Shown here: piece after piece, positions 47,002-56,865 of the stretch
How the letters are laid out: the number at the start of each line of letters is the position of its first letter
How positions within the stretch are numbered: position 1 is the stretch's first letter
Position numbers and translations under genes: made by a program
Origin: an uncultured Bacilli bacterium
GTDB taxonomy: Bacteria > Bacillota_I > Bacilli_A > RF39 > UBA660
Direction: 5' to 3'
Assembly: GCA_947598485.1 (NCBI GenBank)
Contig: CANQFJ010000001.1
Span: 11,469-75,468, forward strand
DNA length: 64,000 bases
The notes under the pieces: generated by a model
The model's input: the letters and a program-made list of their open reading frames with translations, nothing else
Databases searched by the model: none
What the model was told of the DNA's origin: nothing

Positions 47002-49035
47002 TTACTTTTCTTCTTTATCATTTGCACTACAGGTTGGACAAATGGTTTCACCATTTTTATCTACTAATAAATCTTTACAAACCGGACATTTTTCTCCTGT
47101 TGGTTTATACCAAGAAGCATACTTACATTTAGGAAAATTACTACATCCCCAGAAAACTTTACCTTTTTTAGTAGTTCTTTCAATGATATCTCCATCGCAC
47201 TTAGGACATTTGCAAACTACGGTATTTTGTTTAACTTCCTTTTTAATATATTTACATTCAGGATAATTAGAACAAGCAACAAATTCACCATATTTACCTT
47301 TTCTAATAACTAAAGGATTACCACATTCTGGACAATTCTCTCCTGTTTGCTCAGGTGCTTTCTTTTCCATATTTTTAAAAGCATTATCCACAAGAGGAGC
47401 AAAACCATCGTAAAAATTCCTTAATACTTTAAGATAATCTGCTTTGTCTTCAGCAATTTTATCAAGATCATCTTCCATAGCTGCCGTATATTTAACATTG
47501 ACGATAGAGGAAAAAAACTCTTGAAGCTTATCTGTGGTTTCAAAGCCTACTTCGGTTGGTACAAACTTTTTATCTTCAATATTAACATAGCCTCGGTCTT
47601 TAATTGTGGCGATAATTGTAGCGTAAGTTGATGGTCTTCCAATACCTAAGCTTTCTAGTTCTTTAATAAGTGAACTTTCGGTATATCTAGCAGGAGGTTT
47701 CGTAAAATGTTGTAGTTTATCAATTTTTTTAGTATTCAGGCTTTTTACCCCTTGTAAATTAGGAAGAACAGTATCATTTTGATCTTCATATTCACTATAT
47801 ACTTTTAGATAACCATCAAAAGTAAGAACTGATCCCGTAGCTTTAAAAATATAATCATTATTATTCAGCTTTAATGTCGTAGCCAAAACTTTAGCATCGG
47901 CCATTAATGAAGCTACAGCTCGAGCATAAATTAACTTATATAGTTTTAACTCCTCGCTAGTTAAATATTTTGCTACATCTTCAGGTTTTCTATTAATGGA
48001 TGTTGGTCTAATACCTTCATGTCCATCTTGTTCATTTTCTACTTTTTTGCCTTTTTTTACATACCCTACATATTCTTTGCCATAATGTTCATTAATAAAA
48101 GCAAATGCGGATTTAACAAATTCATCAGAGATACGTGTTGAATCTGTACGCATATAAGTAATTAAACCAGCATGGTCACCACCCATATTAATACCTTCAT
48201 AAAGCTTTTGGGCAATGCTCATTGTTCTCGATGCCGAAAAGCCTAGCTTTGAAGAAGCAACTTGTTGTAAGGTTGATGTTCTAAAAACTTCTTTAGAACT
48301 ACGATTCTTTTCTTTTTCTTCAATATCTTCAATAATAAAGTCATTACCTAATTTATCTAAAATAACATCTGCTTCAGCTTCATTATTAATCTCAACTTCT
48401 TTGCCATGATAAGTATCTAAAGTTGCCACAAAATCTTTAAAATCAGCCTCAATTGTCCAATATTCTTTAGGAACAAAAGCAAGTATTTCTCTTTCCCGAT
48501 CAACAATTAATTTTAAAGCAACACTTTGAACCCTGCCCGCGGATTTCCCCGATGTTTTCGCTTGCATTAACTTACTTAAACGAAAACCGATTATCCGATC
48601 TAAGAACCTTCTTGTTTCGCCACTATGAACAAGATTCATATCAATTCTTCGAGGATTTTTTAAAGCATTTAAAACAACATCTTTGGTAATTTCATTAAAG
48701 ACTACTCTATCGTATTTACTGTCTTTAATAGCAAGTTCATCATATAAATGCCAAGAAATAGTCTCTCCTTCACGGTCGGGATCGGTAGCAAGATAAATGT
48801 GATCGGCTTCGGCTACTAGTTTCTTTAAAGCAGAGACTTCTTTTTTCTTACCTTTAATTATCTCATAAGTAGGCTTAAAGTCATTTTCAATATCAATGCC
48901 AAGACCATATTTACCACTGGTAGCTAAATCTCTTATATGTCCCTTAGAGGAAACAACTTCATAATCTTTACTACCTAAATACTTTTCAATAGTACGACAT
49001 TTAGCAGGAGATTCTACAATAATAACGTTTTTCAT
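47002..49035 (-). CDS. topA: DNA topoisomerase I
   Basis: Toprim domain VIIVESPAKCRTI .. ATDPDREGE, active-site Tyr region GLITYMRTDS, and three C-terminal CxxC..CxxC zinc ribbons. Confidence 0.95.
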   Translation of the reverse strand: MKNVIIVESPAKCRTIEKYLGSKDYEVVSSKGHIRDLATSGKYGLGIDIENDFKPTYEIIKGKKKEVSALKKLVAEADHIYLATDPDREGETISWHLYDELAIKDSKYDRVVFNEITKDVVLNALKNPRRIDMNLVHSGETRRFLDRIIGFRLSKLMQAKTSGKSAGRVQSVALKLIVDREREILAFVPKEYWTIEADFKDFVATLDTYHGKEVEINNEAEADVILDKLGNDFIIEDIEEKEKNRSSKEVFRTSTLQQVASSKLGFSASRTMSIAQKLYEGINMGGDHAGLITYMRTDSTRISDEFVKSAFAFINEHYGKEYVGYVKKGKKVENEQDGHEGIRPTSINRKPEDVAKYLTSEELKLYKLIYARAVASLMADAKVLATTLKLNNNDYIFKATGSVLTFDGYLKVYSEYEDQNDTVLPNLQGVKSLNTKKIDKLQHFTKPPARYTESSLIKELESLGIGRPSTYATIIATIKDRGYVNIEDKKFVPTEVGFETTDKLQEFFSSIVNVKYTAAMEDDLDKIAEDKADYLKVLRNFYDGFAPLVDNAFKNMEKKAPEQTGENCPECGNPLVIRKGKYGEFVACSNYPECKYIKKEVKQNTVVCKCPKCDGDIIERTTKKGKVFWGCSNFPKCKYASWYKPTGEKCPVCKDLLVDKNGETICPTCSANDKEEK

Positions 49036-51044
49036 TAGCTATCAACCTCTTTTTCTATATTTTTTAATGCCTTTTCCAGGTAGGCAAAATAATTATACCT
49101 TATTGCGAGCAGAGATGCATTATTTTTATTATATATTTTTTGATTTATTTTCTTTATTTCTTCAGATGTATATGTTTTATCTGTAAAATAAGTGACTTCA
49201 CCCGTTGTCGATTCATAATACATGTCATTATTTATCCATGATAAATCAGGAAATACTACAATGCCATCATATTCGCTACTAAAATAATCTTCGCCTAAGT
49301 ATAACCGTGGGTCAAAATTTAAAGCAAATAAATTGGCTAGAGTTGGCGTTAGATTCATAAAGCTTGTATAGTCAGTAAATTCTTCAGCCTTTAAATTAGA
49401 ATTATATATTACTAAAGGAGTTCTTTCTCTTTCATAACTATCTAATGAGCGATCTAATACCTCATTTATTAACTCATCACTTAAAGTATATGGATAATGA
49501 TCACCATATAATACAATTACTGTATCATCCAAGATTCCTTTTTCTTTTAAACCATCAAGTAAAACCCCCAAAGCATTATCGAGAACTTTTAATTTTGATA
49601 AATATCTTCGCGTATATATTGAATAGTCAGTATCTTCTGTCATATCTAAATACATATCGCCAGTTACGGAAGGATATTGATAAGAGCCATGAGAAGATAC
49701 AGTAACAATATAACTCATAAAATTCTTACCCTTGGGAATTTCGCTATCAAGTGTTTCTAAATAGTAATTCATCATATCAATATCAGATGGATAATCATAA
49801 TCAGAAACTTCGATTCCCATCTCTTCAGCACCATGATAATTTTGTGAGCCCATATTAGGGTGGTATATTTCTCTATCATAAAATTTATCATAGTAATCAT
49901 GAAAGCTATTAGTATAATAACCGGCCTTGTTAAATAAATTAAAAAGCGATTCAAAATAGGTATTGTCTTCATATACATTTGCAGTACAAATATTAGGATT
50001 AGCATAAATGCCTGTTAAAGAAGAAAATTCATTATTCGAAGTTGGGCAATTGCTGCGTGGTGACAAATGATTAGTAAAAGACCACCCATTATTTTTTAAA
50101 AAAGCAAAATTAGGAAAATATTCAGGATTATCAATAACATCATTAACAGATTCCATCATAATAACTATTAAGTTTTTATCTTTAAAGAGACCTGTTTTGC
50201 TATTAGTACTGGTTACCGTATTACTTATAAAATAATTATTAAGTGAATTTAAATTATCATCGTTTTCTTTAGAAATAAGCTCAAGCCATGAAGAATCATC
50301 ATACTCTCTAGTATTATTCAAAGCCAAAGCTAAATTATTGTTGCTTACCAAAGTAAGTTCCTCCGAAGGAACAATTTTATTTTTTAAATCAATAATAGTA
50401 TATGGCATAATACCAAATTCTTTTACGTAAAGAGCTGGTTGACTGCCCGTTTTAAAAAGATCTAACAATGATATTGCTTGTTCTCCTTGCATATAATGGT
50501 CAGATAAAAAATTATAATAAAGCATCGAAAAACTTAAAATACTAATCATGGCTGTTAAAAGTTTGATGGCACTTTCATGAGTATATCTTTTTTTAATTTT
50601 AAAGAAACTTATATTATTTTTATTATGGTTAAATATGATAATGCTTACCAAAAAAAATGTTAAAAACGGAATAAACTCACAATAATATACAGGCTTTAAA
50701 GACTTAATAAATTCAGGGATATATGATGTAATAGCGCCAAATTGCGATGACATAGAAGTAGACATATAAGTTCCCATATAATTAAGATAGCCAATATGAA
50801 TAAATGTATAAAGTGAATATACAAACATAATCATAAGATTAACAATAATCATAATTTTTGGTTTTAAAGAAGATGTAAGATAACTAATGATTGTCGATAA
50901 TATAACACTAAAAAGAAATACTCTTAATAAAGAATAATTAAAAATCGTGTAATCGTTAATAAGTCTAAAGGTTATCTCAATGAACATTAGTGAAAATAAC
51001 TGAATTATAAAGCTTAAAGCCATCTTATTTTTGAGAAACTTCAT
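49035..51044 (-). CDS. LTA synthase (LtaS) family sulfatase-like membrane enzyme
   Basis: The start is set at ATG 51044, with AAAGGAG 5 nt upstream. Five N-terminal TM helices and an extracellular sulfatase-like domain (NLIVIMMESVN, CPTSNNEFSSLTG, IVLYGDHYPY). Its stop overlaps the topA ATG by 1 nt. Confidence 0.8.
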   Translation of the reverse strand: MKFLKNKMALSFIIQLFSLMFIEITFRLINDYTIFNYSLLRVFLFSVILSTIISYLTSSLKPKIMIIVNLMIMFVYSLYTFIHIGYLNYMGTYMSTSMSSQFGAITSYIPEFIKSLKPVYYCEFIPFLTFFLVSIIIFNHNKNNISFFKIKKRYTHESAIKLLTAMISILSFSMLYYNFLSDHYMQGEQAISLLDLFKTGSQPALYVKEFGIMPYTIIDLKNKIVPSEELTLVSNNNLALALNNTREYDDSSWLELISKENDDNLNSLNNYFISNTVTSTNSKTGLFKDKNLIVIMMESVNDVIDNPEYFPNFAFLKNNGWSFTNHLSPRSNCPTSNNEFSSLTGIYANPNICTANVYEDNTYFESLFNLFNKAGYYTNSFHDYYDKFYDREIYHPNMGSQNYHGAEEMGIEVSDYDYPSDIDMMNYYLETLDSEIPKGKNFMSYIVTVSSHGSYQYPSVTGDMYLDMTEDTDYSIYTRRYLSKLKVLDNALGVLLDGLKEKGILDDTVIVLYGDHYPYTLSDELINEVLDRSLDSYERERTPLVIYNSNLKAEEFTDYTSFMNLTPTLANLFALNFDPRLYLGEDYFSSEYDGIVVFPDLSWINNDMYYESTTGEVTYFTDKTYTSEEIKKINQKIYNKNNASLLAIRYNYFAYLEKALKNIEKEVDS

Positions 51045-51657
51045 TGTTGCTCCTTTCAATAATCTTTTGGACCGGTTTATATGTTTTCCTATAGATATCC
51101 AATATACCATACATTTCAATTTTTTCAAGATGACTTTTCGTAGGATAACCCTTATGTTTAGCAAATTCATACTGAGGATATATTTTATCATACTCTTCCA
51201 TAATATGGTCTCTGGTAACTTTAGCAATGACCGAAGCCGCGGCAATTGTAAGGCTTTTGGCATCACCTTTAATGATAGCTAAATGATTAGGCGTGTGAAT
51301 ATCCATGGCGTCAGTTAAAACAAAATCTGGTTTAACGTCAAGTTTACTAATTGCTTCACACATTGCTTTACGGCTTGCTTCAAGAATGTTTATTCGATCT
51401 ATTTCATCATTATCAATGACACTAACACCGACACTGATAGCATCCCTCATAATAATCGGATAGAACTCTTCTCTTTTCTTTTCACTTAACTTCTTAGAAT
51501 CGGTAAGGCCAGGAAGATTATAGCCTTTGGGTAAAATAACGGCCGCGGCCACTACAGGGCCACATAAAGGACCACGGCCAGCTTCATCAGTGCCCGCGAT
51601 ATATTCGTAACCTAAGTCATGATATTTTGTTTCATACTCTAATAAATCTACTTGCAT
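51025..51657 (-). CDS. rnhB: Ribonuclease HII
   Basis: GTDEAGRGPLCGPVVAAAV and DSKKLSEKKRE motifs. 210 aa. Confidence 0.92.
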   Translation of the reverse strand: MQVDLLEYETKYHDLGYEYIAGTDEAGRGPLCGPVVAAAVILPKGYNLPGLTDSKKLSEKKREEFYPIIMRDAISVGVSVIDNDEIDRINILEASRKAMCEAISKLDVKPDFVLTDAMDIHTPNHLAIIKGDAKSLTIAAASVIAKVTRDHIMEEYDKIYPQYEFAKHKGYPTKSHLEKIEMYGILDIYRKTYKPVQKIIERSNNEVSQK

Positions 51658-52529
51658 ATATCTAATGTTATATTATTTACCTTTCCATTTGCAACATCGT
51701 TTAAAATTCTTTCAGAAGTTTTATAATAATCGACTTCTCCATCTTTTACAAAGCCCCATTTCCTGGCAAGGTTTTCCATAATTTCTAAATCATTATTACC
51801 AGAAACGGTATATATATTTTCTAATACATTTATGAAGTTGGCGTGATAAATATTAAGTAAATGTAAAGCAATATCGGTAGTATTTAAAACCTCTCTTTTA
51901 ATTGATCCTAAAGCGGCGATATTATAGGCTATTTCTTGATTTTCAAATTTTGGCCATAAAATGCCTGGGGTATCAAGTAATGTAATACCTAAATTAGTCT
52001 TTAGAAAATTAAGTTGACGAGTTACCCCTGGTTTGTTTTCAACATTTGCTACTTTTCTTCCAGCCATTTTATTGATAAGACTACTTTTACCGACATTAGG
52101 TATACCAATTACTAAAGCTTTTATCTCTTTATTTTTTAGGCCTTTATCTGCCCTTTTCTCTTGAATATAACTAGTAAGTTTATGAGTTAAGTCAACAACT
52201 TTTTTATAGTCTTTATCATCCTTTAAATTAACTGCGATAGCATTATAACCTTTATCTTCATAATACTTTAACCACTTATTAGTCATATCCATATTACATA
52301 AGTCTTTTTTAGTCATAATAAGTATTCTTTGTTTATTTTTAATAATATCTTCAATATCATTAATCTTAGTTGAATATGGGGCCCTTGCATCCACAAGTTC
52401 ATAGACTATATCTATTAAATCCATATTTTCTATTATTTGCCTTTTAGCTTTAGCCATATGACCTGGATAATAGTTAATGGAGACGTTAGGAAAACTTTTT
52501 GTATCGTTATTTTTAATATTTTTTTCCAT
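51648..52529 (-). CDS. rbgA: Ribosome biogenesis GTPase A (YlqF/RbgA)
   Basis: YYPGHMAKAKR. Circularly permuted G motifs: MTKKDL (G4), GIPNVGKSSLIN (G1) and DTPGIL (G3). Confidence 0.9.
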   Translation of the reverse strand: MEKNIKNNDTKSFPNVSINYYPGHMAKAKRQIIENMDLIDIVYELVDARAPYSTKINDIEDIIKNKQRILIMTKKDLCNMDMTNKWLKYYEDKGYNAIAVNLKDDKDYKKVVDLTHKLTSYIQEKRADKGLKNKEIKALVIGIPNVGKSSLINKMAGRKVANVENKPGVTRQLNFLKTNLGITLLDTPGILWPKFENQEIAYNIAALGSIKREVLNTTDIALHLLNIYHANFINVLENIYTVSGNNDLEIMENLARKWGFVKDGEVDYYKTSERILNDVANGKVNNITLDICK

Positions 52530-52571
52530 AAAAAAATCATTCCTTTCACTTTATAATTTTTTAATACGCTT

Positions 52572-52862
52572 TCAACTTGATGACATTATATCACATTTAT
52601 GTTGTTTTATAAAGTCTAATGCCTCCAAATATTTATCTTCATATTTAAAAATAATCTTTATGTTTTTACTTTTATCTATTACTATATCTTCAATAAGTTC
52701 ATCAACAATCCTTTTATTTAATTCCTTTAATTCTTTTTTATCTGAAAATTTTCTTAACCATTCTTTATTTTCATCTGACTCAAAAGAGATACTTTCTAAT
52801 TTCTTCTGCAATTCACTTTTGTTATTTTTTAATTTCTTAATTTTATTGCTCGTGTTTCTAAA
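52572..52862 (-). pseudogene. C-terminal remnant of a large serine recombinase (coiled coil + DUF4368-like end)
   Basis: A 96-codon open frame, ..NKIKKLKNNKSELQKKLESISFESDENKEWLRKFSDKKELKELNKRIVDELIEDIVIDKSKNIKIIFKY.., with no ATG start, no resolvase catalytic domain and no RBS. Confidence 0.45.
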
Positions 52863-53092
52863 TTATTTTCAAATATTTCAGAATGTTCTATATGTCTGTC
52901 ATACTCATTAAGTTCCTTAATATCTTGTAATTCGGATTTATCAAATACTTTATATATTTCTCTACTTACTTCTACCTCCTGTAAATGTCCTTTACCATCT
53001 TTAAAACTAACAATATAAATATTTTTTTCTTCAATATAATTTAATGTATAAGGATTATCCTTTTATTTTCTTCTTTTTGGGCGTTCTGCCAT
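52829..53092 (-). pseudogene. Disrupted small mobile-element-type gene (in-frame stop at codon 10, truncated 3' end)
   Basis: GGAGGAAAGAAAG-ATG, then MAERPKRRK*KDNPYTLNYIEEKNIYIVSFKDGKGHLQEVEVSREIYKVFDKSELQDIKELNEYDRHIEHSEIF... It runs out of frame into the recombinase remnant. Confidence 0.4.
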
Positions 53093-53186
53093 CTTTCTTT
53101 CCTCCTATCAATTTCAAATTTTTTTTAATTCAAAATTGATAAAAGGTGGGCTTCTGCACTTACATAATTTTCCAGTTAATAGGTAC

Positions 53187-53232
53187 AAAAAAAGCCGGTT
53201 ATTCCCCTCAACAAATGAGAGAAACAACCGGC
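53187..53232 (-). terminator. Strong Rho-independent terminator of an orphan transcription unit
   Basis: On the minus strand: GCCGGUU-G-UUUCUCUC-AUUUGUU-GAGGGGAA-U-AACCGGC (7 + 8 bp) followed by U7. Confidence 0.7.
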
Positions 53233-53630
53233 ACTAAAAAAGGCACAAAGACGCAACAATATATCTTTAAGTATTATTTCATCGTATAAAATGTCATTAA
53301 ATATTATATAATCCTTAATACACATAAAAGGCATACGACCTCCTACAAAGTCAATGCCTTAAATTAAGAACTATAAGTATAAAAGTATATCTTTTATTAC
53401 TTATGTGAATATACAACATACTACTAATAAATTAGAATATACTGCATACTCCTTATCTAATCTTTATTATTTATTTTTTTTACAACTTACTACTCCTCTT
53501 TTCACATAATACATAGCCTTATGGCATTGCTACTATGAACATTATAAGACAATATTTTTGCAAAATTTGTCGAACTTTGTAGGCAATGATAAAGTTTTGT
53601 ATTTTTTTATATAGATAACCCCAAATAATC

Positions 53631-53658
53631 AAAAAAAAGACGAACTTTATTGTTCATC
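53631..53658 (-). terminator. Rho-independent terminator of the acc-fab-...-ACP operon
   Basis: On the minus strand: GAUGAAC-AAUAAA-GUUCGUC (7 bp, one G:U) spanning the ACP stop codon, followed by U8. Confidence 0.65.
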
Positions 53659-53871
53659 TGTTTTTGATTTTACTATTTTATAAATATCTTCATAAGAATT
53701 TATTTCAGCCATTTCCTCTGGCGAAAAAGATATTCCATATTTTTTTTCTATATTTACTAAAATATCCAAATGATTAAATGAGTCCCATACATCAGTGTTT
53801 TGTCTATTAGAATCATCAGATATTTCAACTTTGAGAATGTTCTTCATTATCTCTTTTATTTCATTCTCCAT
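53647..53871 (-). CDS. Acyl/peptidyl carrier protein (74 aa)
   Basis: Four-helix carrier-protein pattern with the phosphopantetheine Ser in VWDSFNHLDILVNIE. It overlaps the FkbH-like gene by 11 nt. Confidence 0.8.
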   Translation of the reverse strand: MENEIKEIMKNILKVEISDDSNRQNTDVWDSFNHLDILVNIEKKYGISFSPEEMAEINSYEDIYKIVKSKTDEQ

Positions 53872-55426
53872 TAAATACTACCTCCATATTATCATTCAAA
53901 TCATATTTCTTTATATTAAAATTGTATTTCTTGTTAGTATCACTTTCTTCATATTTATTAAATCCAAATTTATCATAGAAGTCTGCAACTTGCGAGTTTT
54001 TATTAGTCTTAATATATTCACTATTTATTGTATTTATATTCTTACTATATAGATCATTTAAAATAACTTTTAAAAACTCATTTTCTATTGTTCTACCCAA
54101 AACTCTACAACTTAATAAATATTCATCAATATAATAACAATTATTATCATTTTTTATAATACATACACCACATATACCTAAATCCCCAAATCTATCGCTT
54201 ACTCTAACACAATATACAAAATCTTTGTTTGTGATGTTATTTAATAATTCTTCTTTTGTGTATCTTTTTGTAGTTAAATTAAATTGATTACTTTTATTGA
54301 TTAACTGAACTATTCTATCAATATTTAAGTCATTCATATAATTTATCTCTAACTTCATATCTAGTTCTTTTAAGTATGTATCATAGTCAGAAATAGACAA
54401 TTTCAATTTTTCTGCTTCTTGCATATTCTTATACATTTTATTTTTTTCCAAGTCTTCATTTGATAATTCATATATAGAAAAACAATCTTTGAAACTTTCT
54501 ACTAATGTACTTGGTATTTTATATTTTTCTTCTGGTAATAAAATAGCAACAATATCATCTAATGATTTTTTTACTAATTCAATTTCAAAATTATTATCAT
54601 CAATAAACACAACAGAGTCCATTCCTATATTGAGTTGATTTACTGTTTCCATAATAGAATTAACTTTATTGTCCCAACCACTTTTAATAATAGTAAAATC
54701 ATCTTTTGTTAAGTATAAATCTTTTCTCTTATCAAATAATTCATCTATATCTTCTGGATTGTTTTTAGTTGCTGCACATATTATTATTCCATTATCCTTT
54801 AATTGTTTTATAATTTTCTGAACTTCACCATAAATATTATTAGGATATGAACCATTGAATCCTATACCCTCTATTCCATCTTCTCCTAAAACTCCATTCC
54901 AAATAGTATTATCAAAATCAACAATTAAACATTTTTTTCTTGTTTCATTTATAAGTTTGTACTGCTTATCAAACCAATTTGCAAATTCTATTTTTAATTT
55001 TGGAGATATTATAGCATTATAATTATAATAAAATCTTTCATCAAACACAGGTGAATATTCAACAAAAAAATTCTTTATATCAATTACATATACATTATTT
55101 TTAAAATTGTATATGTACTCATTAAACTTGCTAATTTCCTTTTCAATTTCATTATCAGATAGTATAAAAGAACTATTAAAATAATTATATAAAGTTAAAA
55201 CATATATTTTTTTATCTTTAATATTTTTAGTTATAAAATCAAAATTGAATTTTGCTTTTTTTATACAATTAAGTATTTCATTTTTACTATTTGAATAATC
55301 TATAAAATAACAGAAATAGTATTCATCATATATATCATCTACTGAAACATCACTATATCCACTAAAATTATAATCTTCATTGAATAAATACTCTATTGCA
55401 GTATTTCTAAATATATATTTTTTCAT
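53861..55426 (-). CDS. FkbH-like HAD-IIIC phosphatase/acyltransferase
   Basis: CLIVDFDNTIWNGVLGEDGIEGI (DxDxT plus the FkbH-type WxGVxGEDG), ICAATKNN, and a C-terminal GNAT-like region (RFGDLGICGV .. LSCRVLGR). Confidence 0.8.
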   Translation of the reverse strand: MKKYIFRNTAIEYLFNEDYNFSGYSDVSVDDIYDEYYFCYFIDYSNSKNEILNCIKKAKFNFDFITKNIKDKKIYVLTLYNYFNSSFILSDNEIEKEISKFNEYIYNFKNNVYVIDIKNFFVEYSPVFDERFYYNYNAIISPKLKIEFANWFDKQYKLINETRKKCLIVDFDNTIWNGVLGEDGIEGIGFNGSYPNNIYGEVQKIIKQLKDNGIIICAATKNNPEDIDELFDKRKDLYLTKDDFTIIKSGWDNKVNSIMETVNQLNIGMDSVVFIDDNNFEIELVKKSLDDIVAILLPEEKYKIPSTLVESFKDCFSIYELSNEDLEKNKMYKNMQEAEKLKLSISDYDTYLKELDMKLEINYMNDLNIDRIVQLINKSNQFNLTTKRYTKEELLNNITNKDFVYCVRVSDRFGDLGICGVCIIKNDNNCYYIDEYLLSCRVLGRTIENEFLKVILNDLYSKNINTINSEYIKTNKNSQVADFYDKFGFNKYEESDTNKKYNFNIKKYDLNDNMEVVFNGE

Positions 55427-55440
55427 TACATTTGCTCCTT

Positions 55441-56865
55441 TTATTTTACTCCCATAAATGAATTATAGAAATCCGATTTTTTTCCAAGTTCGTTTTTTAC
55501 CTTTTCATATTTATACTTTTCAATTAAAGTTTTTTCATTACTAAATAGATTTGTTCCTAAACCTAATCTATCTCCATCAATCTTACCACCTATTGCACTA
55601 ATTGTTGTAGGTAGCATATCTAATTGAGTAAATAATCTTTCTTTTGTTTTAATATTTTCTTTTTGATAGTCAGTATTTATAAAGACATTATATGTTGTTC
55701 TTTCATAATTATTTGGTACATTTTTAAAGAAATCTGTATCCATTGATATATGATCACCAACCATAATAATTACTGTATCTTCATAAAAATCTTGTGCTTT
55801 TATCCAATCAACAAAATCATTTATCATTGAATCACTGCAATATATTACATTTGAATATTGGTCATCAAACTTATTTTTACAATCTTTCTCTACATATCCA
55901 TTTTCAAAATGGGTATCTACTGTAAGTATAGTATAGTTAAAAGGCTTATCATTCTTTGATATTTCAAGTAATTCTTCTTTGGCATACTTAAATAAATCCT
56001 CATCACTATATCCCCACCAAACAATATCTTCTTTCGTCATTTTGCCTTTTGCTATTGCAGTATTTACATCTGAAATAGTGTAATGATGATTCCCATATAA
56101 AGTATTTCTTGCTCCATATTTTGAATTAGAGCCCATAATTATATAATTATCATAGCCATTATCATATAATATATCTCCAAGCGTTGTACCTGTATAAAAC
56201 TTATCAAAGTCATATTTATAAACTAAATCCAAATTTATTTTTAATGGCATTCCAGATGTTTGTGCTAACATTGAAGCAACTGTAAAATTACTACCATCTA
56301 AATATAAACTACCACCAGATTTATTAGTATTTGAAAAACTTATATTTTCATTTGCAAGAGTGGTCAATTTTGGAATTAAGTTTTCTTTCATAATTCCACC
56401 ATATTCTTTTGACGAATATGTATTTTCCATTGACTCTAAAATAATATAAACTACATTTTTCTTTTCATCAAATTCAATATTTACATCATCTGGATTAACA
56501 TAGTTTTTCTCTATAAAATCTGATTTAACAATGTTGCTATATAAATATTTATATATATCTAACTGATTAAATGCAAAACATAAAGAAATTACTGTTAGTG
56601 GAATATAAATCCATAACTTTTTCTTTTCGCTTTTTATAATTAAAATCATAATGATTGCAGCAATAATTATAGTTGGTATTATCGCAGTAAATATATAACT
56701 TTTATAATAATCAGAATTAACACCATTTAGAGGCACTAATAAATGGAATACTTTTTCTTCACCGGTAGTATGGCCATAAGTATTATTTAACCAAATAACC
56801 CCAATAAATAAGTGTACAATTATAAAATTTAGTATATATTCAAAAGTGGACTTTATACATCTCAT
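55441..56865 (-). CDS. LtaS-family sulfatase-like membrane transferase (second paralog in the window)
   Basis: N-terminal TM helices, VVYIILESMEN, IIMVGDHISMD, and MLPTTISAIGG. ATGA overlap with the GT gene. Confidence 0.72.
   Translation of the reverse strand: MRCIKSTFEYILNFIIVHLFIGVIWLNNTYGHTTGEEKVFHLLVPLNGVNSDYYKSYIFTAIIPTIIIAAIIMILIIKSEKKKLWIYIPLTVISLCFAFNQLDIYKYLYSNIVKSDFIEKNYVNPDDVNIEFDEKKNVVYIILESMENTYSSKEYGGIMKENLIPKLTTLANENISFSNTNKSGGSLYLDGSNFTVASMLAQTSGMPLKINLDLVYKYDFDKFYTGTTLGDILYDNGYDNYIIMGSNSKYGARNTLYGNHHYTISDVNTAIAKGKMTKEDIVWWGYSDEDLFKYAKEELLEISKNDKPFNYTILTVDTHFENGYVEKDCKNKFDDQYSNVIYCSDSMINDFVDWIKAQDFYEDTVIIMVGDHISMDTDFFKNVPNNYERTTYNVFINTDYQKENIKTKERLFTQLDMLPTTISAIGGKIDGDRLGLGTNLFSNEKTLIEKYKYEKVKNELGKKSDFYNSFMGVK

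Noticed and set aside
51045-51266. 74-codon N-terminal extension of the LtaS-family ORF (listed as 49035..51266)
   Set aside because: The extension overlaps the 3' third of rnhB in another frame and is not hydrophobic. The internal ATG 51044 has an AAAGGAG RBS and begins the first TM helix.
52477-52911. 144-aa plus-strand ORF
   Set aside because: It is antisense to the rbgA start and to the recombinase remnant. The translation is F/L/S/I low-complexity, and there is no RBS.
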